Assembly: GCA_041490525.1 (NCBI GenBank)
Contig: JBGPTH010000014.1
Span: 1,983 to 65,982, forward strand
Length of the DNA: 64,000 nucleotides
DNA from: Nitrospiria bacterium
GTDB taxonomy: Bacteria > Nitrospirota > Nitrospiria > Nitrospirales > NS-4
Direction: 5' to 3'
The notes under the pieces are model-generated. The model saw nothing but the letters and a program-made list of their open reading frames with translations, did not search any database and had not been told where the DNA came from. The position numbers and the translations under genes are program-made. Below, piece after piece: positions 1-8,635 of this stretch (positions within the stretch are counted from its first letter, which is position 1; each line of letters opens with the position of its first letter).

Positions 1-2
1 TT

Positions 3-434
3 CTGGTCGTGCTCTTCGTCCTGTTGACGATTACGCCCTTGACGGCCCTCGTCCTGAAAAGCGCCAAAACGACGACCGAGATGGTCTGGGGCATCATGCC
101 CGCGCGCGCCGGCTATGCCCTCGTCCTGAACGCGGTCATGGTCATCTTGCTGATGACCCTGATGGGCTACGCGCGGTCGTCGTCCCGGGTCCACTGGCAT
201 GTGTACGGGGTGATGCAGGACACCTCGCAGTACGCCTATTCACCGGCGCTGGGCTACGCGGCGGCCCTCATGGCGTTGAATACGTTCCTCTTCTGCCTCA
301 TGGTGGCGTTCATCTTCTGGGTCGCCTCGCTGGGCGGGGAGAAGAAGGGGGGGACCACCGGCGTTCAGCAGACGAAGGACAGCCTGGCCCCGGGCGTGAG
401 CCCCACCCCCGTCCCGGCGGGCGGGCCGCGCTAG
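3..434 (+). CDS. C-terminal part of a cytochrome bd-like oxidase subunit-type membrane protein (5'-truncated by window edge)
   Basis: Frame open from window start; hydrophobic helices and motif MGYARSSSRVHWHVYGVMQDTS..YSP resembling Nitrospira-type bd-like subunits; heads a cytochrome c cluster. Confidence 0.65.
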   Translation: MVVLFVLLTITPLTALVLKSAKTTTEMVWGIMPARAGYALVLNAVMVILLMTLMGYARSSSRVHWHVYGVMQDTSQYAYSPALGYAAALMALNTFLFCLMVAFIFWVASLGGEKKGGTTGVQQTKDSLAPGVSPTPVPAGGPR

Positions 435-452
435 CAGTGGAGGCGTCTCATC

Positions 453-1286
453 ATGACTGAAACCCAGTTGCTGCAGACCATCGGGATGAGCGTGATGGCC
501 CTGGGGGGGGCGCTCCTGCTCTTCGTCAAGGCCCGCTTCGTCCGCGTGGTCGCCTTCGTGGCCATCGTGCTCGGGGCCTTCGCGCTCGTGGCGCTGAGCA
601 TCCCGCAGATGGCCTCCCTGCCGCCGGCGGTGGAAAAGTTCGACGTGGCCTCGCTCAAGGACAAAAAAGACCTGGCCGCCATCGGCCAGAAGATCTTTTT
701 CGGCAAGGGCCAGTGCGCCCTGTGCCACACCATCGGGACCAGCGAGGGGCGCTGCCCGGACCTCAAAGGGATCGGCTCCAAGCTGACGCGTCAGTTCCTG
801 TACGAAAGCCTCACCCAGCCCCAAGCCTACGTGTACATGGATTACCAGCACGTCGGGCCGCCCAAGTTTTTCCCGGCGAAGATGCCGTACATCGACAAGA
901 AACCCATCGGCCTCAACAAGAACGAAATCCTGACGGTGATCGCGTTTCTCCAGAACATGTCCGGCGAGGAGATCACGGTGGACCCCTCCGAGATCGAAGG
1001 GCCGAAGGAGGTCGCTTTCATGCCGGGGGATAAGGCGGGGGGGCAAAAAGTATTTCAGGTGCTGTGCGCCAGGTGTCATGCGGTCGGGGTCTCGGAAAAA
1101 GGCAGGGCCGACCTCTTGCCGGCCCTGGGCAAACAGACCGATGCCGGGCTGCGTCACGCGATCCTGTCCGATCCCAAGGCGGGGAGCAAGGACCATCAGG
1201 GTCTGGATCGCAAGCTGGTCGTCAAGGACTTCGACGATCTGGTGGCCTATCTCCTGAACGCGAAGGCGACGGCCAAGCCCTTGTGA
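453..1286 (+). CDS. Membrane-anchored dihaem cytochrome c
   Basis: Two N-terminal TM helices; CxxCH motifs CALCH and CARCH; GGAGG SD upstream. Confidence 0.85.
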   Translation: MTETQLLQTIGMSVMALGGALLLFVKARFVRVVAFVAIVLGAFALVALSIPQMASLPPAVEKFDVASLKDKKDLAAIGQKIFFGKGQCALCHTIGTSEGRCPDLKGIGSKLTRQFLYESLTQPQAYVYMDYQHVGPPKFFPAKMPYIDKKPIGLNKNEILTVIAFLQNMSGEEITVDPSEIEGPKEVAFMPGDKAGGQKVFQVLCARCHAVGVSEKGRADLLPALGKQTDAGLRHAILSDPKAGSKDHQGLDRKLVVKDFDDLVAYLLNAKATAKPL

Positions 1287-1309
1287 GGGAATCTGAGGAG
1301 GGGAGCGGC

Positions 1310-2032
1310 ATGAAGGGGTCCTCGCTCGCATTGAAAGGCGCCGTGCTTCTCGCGGCGGTCTTTGTGATTCTGAAGTTTGCTCTGCCGTTGATCACGGCGC
1401 CCTTGCCCATGAGCCTCATCTGGCTCTACTTATTTTTGGCGACCATCGGCATCATCGTGTTCGGGACGCTGAGCGGGGAGTCCACGGAGGCGCTCCTCGG
1501 GCCCGTCTCCCGCTTTTTGAGCGGGGAGGGGATCAGGGGAGCCACCAAGGCCCTGCGTCTTGCGGTGCTCGTGCTGTTCCCGCTGCTGGTCGGCTGGGAG
1601 ACCTACAGCGGCCTCGTGTCCAGCACGCAGCCGCCTGGCGAGAACCGGACCATCCATCCGGCGCCCCCCGGGGAATTCGTAGGCCTGGCGAATCCCGTTG
1701 CGAACACGCCGGAGAACGTCATGATGGGGAAGGGGCTCTACGCCGCCTTCTGCTCGCCGTGCCACGGCCCCAAGTTCAACGGCAACGGCCCGGCTTCCGA
1801 CGGGTTCAATCCACCGCCGGCGAATTTCGTGGATCCGGGGACGATCGCCCAGTTACAGGAGTCCTATCTCTTCTGGCGCATCAAGAAGGGTGGGGTGGGG
1901 CTGAACGTCGAGGGGCATCCCTGGAAGTCGGCGATGCCGCGCTGGGAAGTGGAGTTGCCGGATGACTGGATCTGGAAGATTATCATGGCGGAATATGCGG
2001 GTTCGGGACATAAGCCCCGGACGTGGGAGTAG
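1310..2032 (+). CDS. Membrane-anchored monohaem cytochrome c
   Basis: ATG at 1310 after GAGGAGGGGAG; three TM segments; CSPCH; distal Met candidate in SAMPRW. Confidence 0.85.
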   Translation: MKGSSLALKGAVLLAAVFVILKFALPLITAPLPMSLIWLYLFLATIGIIVFGTLSGESTEALLGPVSRFLSGEGIRGATKALRLAVLVLFPLLVGWETYSGLVSSTQPPGENRTIHPAPPGEFVGLANPVANTPENVMMGKGLYAAFCSPCHGPKFNGNGPASDGFNPPPANFVDPGTIAQLQESYLFWRIKKGGVGLNVEGHPWKSAMPRWEVELPDDWIWKIIMAEYAGSGHKPRTWE

Positions 2033-2035
2033 GCG

Positions 2036-2986
2036 ATGAAGACTGTTCCATCAGGACGCGCGCTGGCGGCCCTCATGGCCGCGACGATGGGTGTGTTGTG
2101 GGGAACGCCGGCGCCGGCGCAAGAAAGCGTCGTCGTCCGGGTGAAGCTCATCCAAGGCGAAGTCCCAACGGATCCGCTCTCCCCGGAATGGGAGAAGGTG
2201 CCGGCGACCGAGTTTCCGATGTCACCCCAAGTTCATTGGCAGAAGCGCATCCTACAGACGACCGTCAAATCCATCACCGTGCGGGGCGTCCATAACACCA
2301 AGCAGATCGCGTTCCTCGTGGAGTATGCCGACCCGACGCAAGATCCCGCCGACGCGGCCGCCCTGGAGTTCATGGTGGGGGAGAAAAAGGCCCATTTCGC
2401 GCACGGCCAACCCATGGCGCAGGTGGAAGGGGGGCTGGTCAACATCTGGTACTGGCGGAATGATACACCCGGTGCCGCGGACATGTCCGCTCAGGGTTTT
2501 GGGACCCTGAAGAAACAGGCCCAACAGGACGTCCAGGCGAAAGGCGTCTGGAGGCCCGACAAGGTCAAGGTCAAGCACAAAGAGCGGAAACTGAATGTCC
2601 GGAAGGACCCGAAAGGGGAGCCGATGAAGGATCCCAAGACGGGTGATCCCCTGTTCGACGAAGAGACCAAGGTGGTGGAGGAGGACGTGACCGGCGTGTG
2701 GCGCGTCGTGTTCACCCGTTCGCTCACTACTGCCGACAAGGACGATGTCCAGATCCAGCCGGGGACGTTCCCCAATATCGCCTTCGCCGTGTGGGACGGG
2801 AAGAAACTGGAGAGCGGCGATGTGAAGGAAGCCGGCTCACAAAAGGCCATTACGTCCTGGTGGTACTTCAACGCGGAGCCTCCGACCGATTATTCGATTT
2901 ACCTCTACGGCCTCATGGCGGTGGTCCTGGCCGCGGGGGTGGAGTTCGTCATCATCCGCAAGGTGAAAAAGGGGCAGCCGGTATGA
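2036..2986 (+). CDS. Ethylbenzene-dehydrogenase gamma-like (DMSO reductase type II) heme b domain protein with signal peptide and C-terminal TM anchor
   Basis: Motifs EW..VP, VRGVHN..IAF.VEY.DPT, NIWYWR, AQGFGTL, WRVVF.RSL, IAFAVWDG..QK. Confidence 0.75.
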   Translation: MKTVPSGRALAALMAATMGVLWGTPAPAQESVVVRVKLIQGEVPTDPLSPEWEKVPATEFPMSPQVHWQKRILQTTVKSITVRGVHNTKQIAFLVEYADPTQDPADAAALEFMVGEKKAHFAHGQPMAQVEGGLVNIWYWRNDTPGAADMSAQGFGTLKKQAQQDVQAKGVWRPDKVKVKHKERKLNVRKDPKGEPMKDPKTGDPLFDEETKVVEEDVTGVWRVVFTRSLTTADKDDVQIQPGTFPNIAFAVWDGKKLESGDVKEAGSQKAITSWWYFNAEPPTDYSIYLYGLMAVVLAAGVEFVIIRKVKKGQPV

Positions 2987-3780
2987 CCCGGCAGCAAGTC
3001 CTCGGGACCCTCGTCGCGGCGGGCGTGACGGCGCTGGCCGGGTTCGCCGGCTGTGCGCTGTTCGAAAGCGCGCACGTGAGCAAGGGACGGGCGCTCTACG
3101 CGTACTACTGTTCCCACTGCCACGGGGCGCACGGCAAACCGGGCGAAGGCTTTAACTGGAAGTCCATGCCGGACCCCAAACCCAAGGACCTGGCCAACAA
3201 GGACGAGATGAGCACGCTGAAGGACGAAGAACTCTTCGCGACCATCTCCCGCGATATGAAGGACACGACGCCGAACGTCGGCGACAAGATCGGCGACGAC
3301 GAGTTTGCGGTGCCCACCATGCCGACCTTCAAGCACACGCTCTCGGAAGAGGAGCAGTGGTCGCTCGTGGCGTTCGTGCGCACGCTGCACGGGACGAAGG
3401 TGGGCCAGGTGGACTGGGCGTCGCTGAAGAAGGACCGCCCCAAGGGAGCGCCGATTCCGAAGCCCGTGCTGACGGCCACCCCCGCCGATGAGGCCAAATT
3501 GGCGGAGCGCGGCAAGCAGCTGTACTTCAACAAGTACGGCTGCAACGCCTGTCATAAGATCGGGACGACCGGCGGAGAGGTCGGGCCGCCTTTGGACCGG
3601 GCCGGGTTTCGGCTGAATGCCTCCTGGGTGTACCGGTGGATCCGCTATCCCCAGATCATGAAGCCCGAGACCAAGATGCCCAATCTCGGGATCAGTGATG
3701 ACGACGCGAAGGCCCTCATGTATTACCTGAAGACCCTGAACGCCCCGCCGCCCGAGAAACCTCTGCCGGCGTCGTCCTAA
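2983..3780 (+). CDS. Dihaem cytochrome c lipoprotein
   Basis: ATGA overlap with previous stop; lipobox FAGC; CSHCH and CNACH; PETKMP distal Met. Confidence 0.85.
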   Translation: MTRQQVLGTLVAAGVTALAGFAGCALFESAHVSKGRALYAYYCSHCHGAHGKPGEGFNWKSMPDPKPKDLANKDEMSTLKDEELFATISRDMKDTTPNVGDKIGDDEFAVPTMPTFKHTLSEEEQWSLVAFVRTLHGTKVGQVDWASLKKDRPKGAPIPKPVLTATPADEAKLAERGKQLYFNKYGCNACHKIGTTGGEVGPPLDRAGFRLNASWVYRWIRYPQIMKPETKMPNLGISDDDAKALMYYLKTLNAPPPEKPLPASS

Positions 3781-3804
3781 ATTTCACATGGCACGTTCGA
3801 TTCG

Positions 3805-3832
3805 GTAGGGGCACGGCGCGCCGTGCCCCTAC
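3805..3832. repeat. Perfect 28-nt GTAG-type REP palindrome between convergent genes
   Basis: GTAGGGGCACGGCG|CGCCGTGCCCCTAC is self-complementary. Confidence 0.8.
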
Positions 3833-3833
3833 G

Positions 3834-4712
3834 TTATCGAAAGATCACCCCGCTCCAGATTCCCGCAAGAATGAGTGCGCCCACCCAGGCGTGCTGCCTG
3901 AACAGCGTGAAGGCCGCGGCGGGAGAGACCCCGCGCTTGACCCGCCAGCTCTGGTAGGCGAACAGTGCGGAGGCCAGAACAAGCGCCAGATAGAACGGCA
4001 GGGTGAGGCGGGCGGCCATCCCGACGAGGGTCAGGAAGAGGACCATTACGGCCAGGGCCCCCAACACAGCCAGCCACGTCCATCGCCCGAAGAGGAGGGC
4101 GGCGGACAGGACGCCGATGCGCACGTCATCCTCGCGGTCTTGGAGCGCGTAGATCGTGTCATACCCGATGGCCCAGAAGACGGTCGCCAGGAAGAGGCCG
4201 ATGGCCGGCCAGCCGATCTCGTTGCGCACGGCGGCCCAGGCCATGATGGCGCCCCATCCGAACGCGATGCCGAGCACGGCTTGCGGGCAGGCCATCACTC
4301 GCTTGGCCAGCGGGTAGAGGACGGCCAGGAGGACGGCGACGGGCGCGAGCGCGATGGTGAGCGGATTGAGCAGGGCGACTAACCCCGCCGCCACGAGGAT
4401 CAGCCCGACGAACACCCCCAGGGCGGTCCTTGGCGGTATGCGGCCCGAAGCCACGGGGCGGTTCTGGGTGCGCCGGACGCGGCGGTCCAGGTCGCGGTCC
4501 CCGAGATCGTTGATGGTGACCCCCGCGCTTCGCATGACGAAGGCCCCGGCGATAAAGATGGTCGTGAGCGAAAGAGGCGGATGCCCGTCGCCCGCCAACA
4601 CCAGTGCCCAGAGCGTCGGGAACACTAACAACAGGGATCCGGTCTGATTGCGAAGCCGGATCAGATCGGCCAGGGAGGACCAGGAGACCGGGCCGTCCGG
4701 GGGGTGCGCCAT
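3834..4712 (-). CDS. ubiA: 4-hydroxybenzoate polyprenyltransferase
   Basis: RSAGVTINDLGDRDLDRRV.RT.NRP.ASG and YDTIYALQDREDD motifs; only the C-terminal 293 codons of the 3834..6410 ORF. Confidence 0.92.
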   Translation of the reverse strand: MAHPPDGPVSWSSLADLIRLRNQTGSLLLVFPTLWALVLAGDGHPPLSLTTIFIAGAFVMRSAGVTINDLGDRDLDRRVRRTQNRPVASGRIPPRTALGVFVGLILVAAGLVALLNPLTIALAPVAVLLAVLYPLAKRVMACPQAVLGIAFGWGAIMAWAAVRNEIGWPAIGLFLATVFWAIGYDTIYALQDREDDVRIGVLSAALLFGRWTWLAVLGALAVMVLFLTLVGMAARLTLPFYLALVLASALFAYQSWRVKRGVSPAAAFTLFRQHAWVGALILAGIWSGVIFR

Positions 4713-4817
4713 GGGCCGCATGCTACCGGGATGGACAGCGGGGATCAAGTAGGGTATAAGGCACACTATCTCGTGCACATCGCGGCTCCCCCCATTCCAT
4801 TCAGGAGACTCAGGCAC

Positions 4818-6707
4818 GTGTGCCTCTCGGCTCCGGTCCTGCGCCCCGTCCTCCGGATATTCCTGGTGCTTCTGCTGACGGGATTGGCCGGATGCGGCCA
4901 AAAACTCGTGTTTCCACGCCTGGAGTTCAAATCCGAAGAACGCGCCGCTCCCAGCATCCCCCTGACCGTCCGCCTGGACATCCCGGACGCGTTGCGACAG
5001 GCGCAGATGTTCTATCGGGACTCGTGCAACGTGCCCCAGGCGATCCCCTTGGGAGAGCGCCTGGCCGAACAGGTCAAAGCGGACGCCGCCCAAGTGTTTG
5101 AGAAGACCTTTGAAGGCAAACCCACCGATCCAGCGGACGCCGTCCTCACCGCGGTCCTGGAGACCAGCGAGATAGACCTCCATATCCCGCGCAGGGAAAT
5201 CGGGGAGTATCCCTTGAAGGTCTTGGTCCGCCTGCGGCTGCGGGTGAAGGATGCCGAGGGAAAAATCCTGTTCGATGAAGCCATCAAGGGCGAAGGGAAA
5301 TGGACCGCCAGGACGGATGGGACCGAGTGCACGGTCCAGGGCCTGATGCTGCCGGTCACGGAGGCGGTGGAAAAGCTGTCGGACCGGGAGGTGGAGAGCC
5401 TGACCCAATCGGTCAGGATTCGGGATACGGCGATCCGACTGCAGACCCGGAAGGAGATGGGGGCCGCGGGGAGACCGCCCGCGGGACCTCCTGCGCAAGT
5501 ACAACCTGGGCGGGAACCCCCCGGGCTGAGCTTTCGGGCGTCGCTGGAAGACGAGAACCGCAATCAGGTTCTGGATGCCGGGGAGAAGGTCGTAGTCCGC
5601 GTGGAGGTCTCCAACAGCGGTCCCGGCGTGGCGCGGGGGGTGGCCGTCGTCCTCTCGGGAACGCCCGCCCTCGTCAAGGAGTTCATCAATCCGACCCAAA
5701 TGGGCGATCTGCAGCCGGGTGAGAAGAAGCAGGTGGCGATCACGTCGACGCTGTCGTCTGCCCTGGCCGACCAGCAGGCGGAACTGGTGGTCCAGGTGAC
5801 CGAGGCGGCCGGCTTCGGCGTGCCGACGAAGAAGCGGTTCGTCGCGGTGATCCAGTCTGGGAAGGGGGAAGGGGAGACGGTCGAGGTGCTCTCCGTCGAC
5901 GTGGACCAGGTCCCGGCGCGTGTGCAGGGCTTTGATCGGCGCACCTCGTACGCCGTCGTGGTGGGCATCGGGATCTATCGGGAGGAAGGGGTGCCGCGCC
6001 TCAAATATGCCAAGCGGGATGCGGAGGTGGTCGGCAAGCATCTGACCGCCATCGCGGGGTTCCCCTCCGAGAACGTTCGGGTGTTGACGGATGAGCGGGC
6101 CCTGCTGACGGATCTTCAAGACGCCTTTGAGGACTGGTTGCCGCAAAAGGCCAACGCCTCGGGGATCACCATCATCTATGTGGTGGGCAACGGCGTGATC
6201 AATCAGGCGAGCGGCGAGCTTCTCCTGGTTCCGTATGAAGGCCGGGTGGATGCCGCCCGTCGTGCCTATTCCATCAAGCGGCTCCAAGAGGCCTTGAGCC
6301 GCTTGCCGTCCCGGCTGAATATCATTTTTGCCGATCTGTCGTTTCCCAGCACCAAGGACGACGCAGGCCCCGGCCCGAAGACCCTCCTCTGGGGGGACCG
6401 CAAACCGCAAGGGAAAGGACGTACGGTCACCGTGGGGTCGTCATCGGTGGCCGGGCCCAGCCTGCCATGGGATGCCGCCCAGCACGGCCTGTTCACCTAT
6501 CACTTCCTCAAGGCCATCCGGGGGCACGCAGATGCCAACGGCAACGGGTGGGTGGATCTCGGTGAGGTGCTGACATTCCTGAAGGAGCAGGTTCCCAAGG
6601 CCGCCGCCGATCTCAAGAAAGAACAGGCGCCGGTGGTCAGTCCGGAGGTGGACCCGGAGGGCCCGATCGGGTCCTTTCCGGTCAGCAAGGCGAAACGCCC
6701 GAGCTAG
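4818..6707 (+). CDS. Lipoprotein with Ig-like (CARDB-type) middle domain and C-terminal caspase-like (peptidase C14) domain, catalytic residues apparently absent
   Basis: GTG at 4818 after AGGAG; lipobox LAGC; YAVVVGI..Y...LKYA.RDA, HGLFT..FL..I.G.AD.NG.G.V...E. Confidence 0.7.
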   Translation: MCLSAPVLRPVLRIFLVLLLTGLAGCGQKLVFPRLEFKSEERAAPSIPLTVRLDIPDALRQAQMFYRDSCNVPQAIPLGERLAEQVKADAAQVFEKTFEGKPTDPADAVLTAVLETSEIDLHIPRREIGEYPLKVLVRLRLRVKDAEGKILFDEAIKGEGKWTARTDGTECTVQGLMLPVTEAVEKLSDREVESLTQSVRIRDTAIRLQTRKEMGAAGRPPAGPPAQVQPGREPPGLSFRASLEDENRNQVLDAGEKVVVRVEVSNSGPGVARGVAVVLSGTPALVKEFINPTQMGDLQPGEKKQVAITSTLSSALADQQAELVVQVTEAAGFGVPTKKRFVAVIQSGKGEGETVEVLSVDVDQVPARVQGFDRRTSYAVVVGIGIYREEGVPRLKYAKRDAEVVGKHLTAIAGFPSENVRVLTDERALLTDLQDAFEDWLPQKANASGITIIYVVGNGVINQASGELLLVPYEGRVDAARRAYSIKRLQEALSRLPSRLNIIFADLSFPSTKDDAGPGPKTLLWGDRKPQGKGRTVTVGSSSVAGPSLPWDAAQHGLFTYHFLKAIRGHADANGNGWVDLGEVLTFLKEQVPKAAADLKKEQAPVVSPEVDPEGPIGSFPVSKAKRPS

Positions 6708-6731
6708 GCCATCGAGACGGACGAGGCCTGC

Positions 6732-6760
6732 TTGATTCCCCACGACAAGCTTGCTAAAGT
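6732..6760 (+). promoter_or_regulatory. Sigma70-type promoter of tRNA-Thr
   Basis: TTGATT-17 nt-TAAAGT with extended TG, 8 nt before the tRNA. Confidence 0.65.
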
Positions 6761-6768
6761 CGCGCGAG

Positions 6769-6843
6769 GCCGGCGTAGCTCAGTGGTAGAGCAGCTGATT
6801 CGTAATCAGCAGGTCGGTGGTTCAATCCCACTCGCCGGCTCCA
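6769..6843 (+). tRNA. tRNA-Thr(CGT)
   Basis: Acceptor GCCGGCG/CGCCGGC-T-CCA, D arm AGCTCAGTGGTAGAGC, anticodon stem GCTGA/TCAGC with loop TTCGTAA, T loop GGTTCAATCC. Confidence 0.97.
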
Positions 6844-6890
6844 GCAATAATCAATCGCCTCTTTCCCAATCTCTTCTCGGCTCACTCGAA

Positions 6891-8318
6891 TCACAGCCCT
6901 GCGTTGGCGAGAGCCCAGACAAGGGACAGGGTCAGGCGCGTCGCGGATGCGAGAATGTCGGGGCTGATCTTCTCGGGCGTATCGGTCGGTTGGTGAAAGT
7001 CCGGATGCGGTCCGGAGCTGACGATCGCGGCTGTGGGGATGGCGGCCTCGGCGAACGGGACATGATCGCCTCCGGGGAAGAGGCCGAAGAGTTCCAGCTG
7101 GGCACCCAGGCCGACGGTGTCGGCGGCGGCTTGGGCCGTGACTTTCTCCAGTCGTGAGAGCCCCACCGTGAGCTTGCCGGTCCCGACCCCGGCATGGTCC
7201 ACATTGATCATCGCCTTGGTGTCGGAAAGCGGCCGGGCCGGATGGGCGACGTAGAACCGGGATCCCAGCAGTCCCTGCTCCTCCCCGGCAAGGGCCAGGA
7301 AGAGAATGCTTCGCTTGGGCTTAGCCTCCGCGGCCGCGAGCACTCGGGCCACCTCCAGCAGGACCGCCGAGCCGGAGGCGTTATCGTCGGCTCCGGGAAA
7401 GACGGTCCCATCCTGGACGCCGAAATGGTCATAGTGGGCGCCGAGGATGATGGTCTCGTGGCGGAGGTCGGGGTCTGAACCTGGCCAGAGGCCAAGCACG
7501 TTGGCCGCGTCGGCGTTCGATTGGCTCTGGTCCATCTCGATGGTCATGACACTGCCGGTCTCCACGGACCGGGGGGAGAGGGCCCGGTCCATATCTTTTT
7601 GAAACGATTCCAGGGTTATCCGGACCGGCACCAGGAAGGTGTCCGCCACGGCGGGGGCAATCCACAGACCGGGGAGGGCCTCGGCGGGGTCCTCGCCGTA
7701 GAAGGCCATCGGGCGTTGGCTCATGCCTCGTCGGTGTTCGTAAGGGGTCAGGAGGGGTCCGGTGACGGTCAGGTAGGCCACGGCTCCTTTCGCCCGGGCG
7801 GTCCTCACTTTCTCTCGGTGCGTGCCGCGCCCGGTATAACCCTTTGGCTGCCCTCGGAGGAAGAGCACCACCTTTCCGCTCACAGACAAACCGGCGTACT
7901 CGTCCAAACCGAGCACGGAATCTGCAATCCCATAGCCGACGAAGACCACCTGGACCGAGGCCAGGTGAGCCTGGGCCCCGTTCAGGATAGGGATGAAATC
8001 ACTCGTGTTTTGAAGCCTTTTGGTGTGACCGCCGGCCGTAAGGCTGACCTTCACCGGAGGGCAGATCTGAAGGGCCCGGATGGGGAAGGATTGGAGAGAA
8101 GCCTGGGGCAAACGCCGTTGAAGGTAGGCCGCGGCGGCCTCCCCGCCCGGAGTCCCGGATTGGCGGCCGTGGAACAGGGAAAGGTCCCGGACGGTTTCCA
8201 TGAGGCGACCCTGCGACACGTGGGCGTCCAGGCGGTTCTGAATCGGTGGCTCGCCGGTAAGGGGGTCCAAGGGAATCAGCGTCAGCGTCAGGAGGACCAA
8301 GAGAAGAACGCCGCGCAT
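6891..8318 (-). CDS. M28 family Zn aminopeptidase with PA domain, secreted
   Basis: Signal peptide; GAHYDH, GADDNASG, GEEQGL.GS, GDH.PF, FHQPTD motifs. Confidence 0.9.
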   Translation of the reverse strand: MRGVLLLVLLTLTLIPLDPLTGEPPIQNRLDAHVSQGRLMETVRDLSLFHGRQSGTPGGEAAAAYLQRRLPQASLQSFPIRALQICPPVKVSLTAGGHTKRLQNTSDFIPILNGAQAHLASVQVVFVGYGIADSVLGLDEYAGLSVSGKVVLFLRGQPKGYTGRGTHREKVRTARAKGAVAYLTVTGPLLTPYEHRRGMSQRPMAFYGEDPAEALPGLWIAPAVADTFLVPVRITLESFQKDMDRALSPRSVETGSVMTIEMDQSQSNADAANVLGLWPGSDPDLRHETIILGAHYDHFGVQDGTVFPGADDNASGSAVLLEVARVLAAAEAKPKRSILFLALAGEEQGLLGSRFYVAHPARPLSDTKAMINVDHAGVGTGKLTVGLSRLEKVTAQAAADTVGLGAQLELFGLFPGGDHVPFAEAAIPTAAIVSSGPHPDFHQPTDTPEKISPDILASATRLTLSLVWALANAGL

Positions 8319-8448
8319 GGAAAAATTATACCACGAGGGAAGGGGAGACCTGGCGGGCCACCCTCCGGTATAAAAGGGTGGGGAGGCTCAGGGCCTGTCG
8401 GGGGCGCGCCCGGACATCCTGACAGTACGCGCCATCTTATCTTTCTTC

Positions 8449-8477
8449 TTGCTTTCTGTTCCGTCTTTCTGTAGAGT
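8449..8477 (+). promoter_or_regulatory. Putative sigma70 promoter of the desaturase
   Basis: TTGCTT-17 nt-TAGAGT. Confidence 0.5.
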
Positions 8478-8635
8478 CAGCGCCGCTTGGTCGCCTCCAG
8501 AGGGCTGCGGATGAGGGTGCCACTCCAAATGGTGCGGCGTGGAAGTAGCGTGGCCCCACCCCAACCTCATCCAAAAGACGCGGCAGTATTTTTACGAAGA
8601 GACTGCAATTCACCCGGATATGTGAGGGAGGGAGC

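Noticed and set aside
4713-6410. Apparent 565-aa N-terminal extension of UbiA
   Set aside because: Antisense to the caspase-like lipoprotein; ubiA has its own promoter-like signal and ATG at 4712.
6769-6900. tRNA-Thr as an island integration site
   Set aside because: No integrase, no sustained composition shift and no duplicated tRNA 3' end seen in the window.
6732-7157. 141-aa ORF across tRNA-Thr
   Set aside because: Translation of the tRNA plus antisense of the M28 gene.
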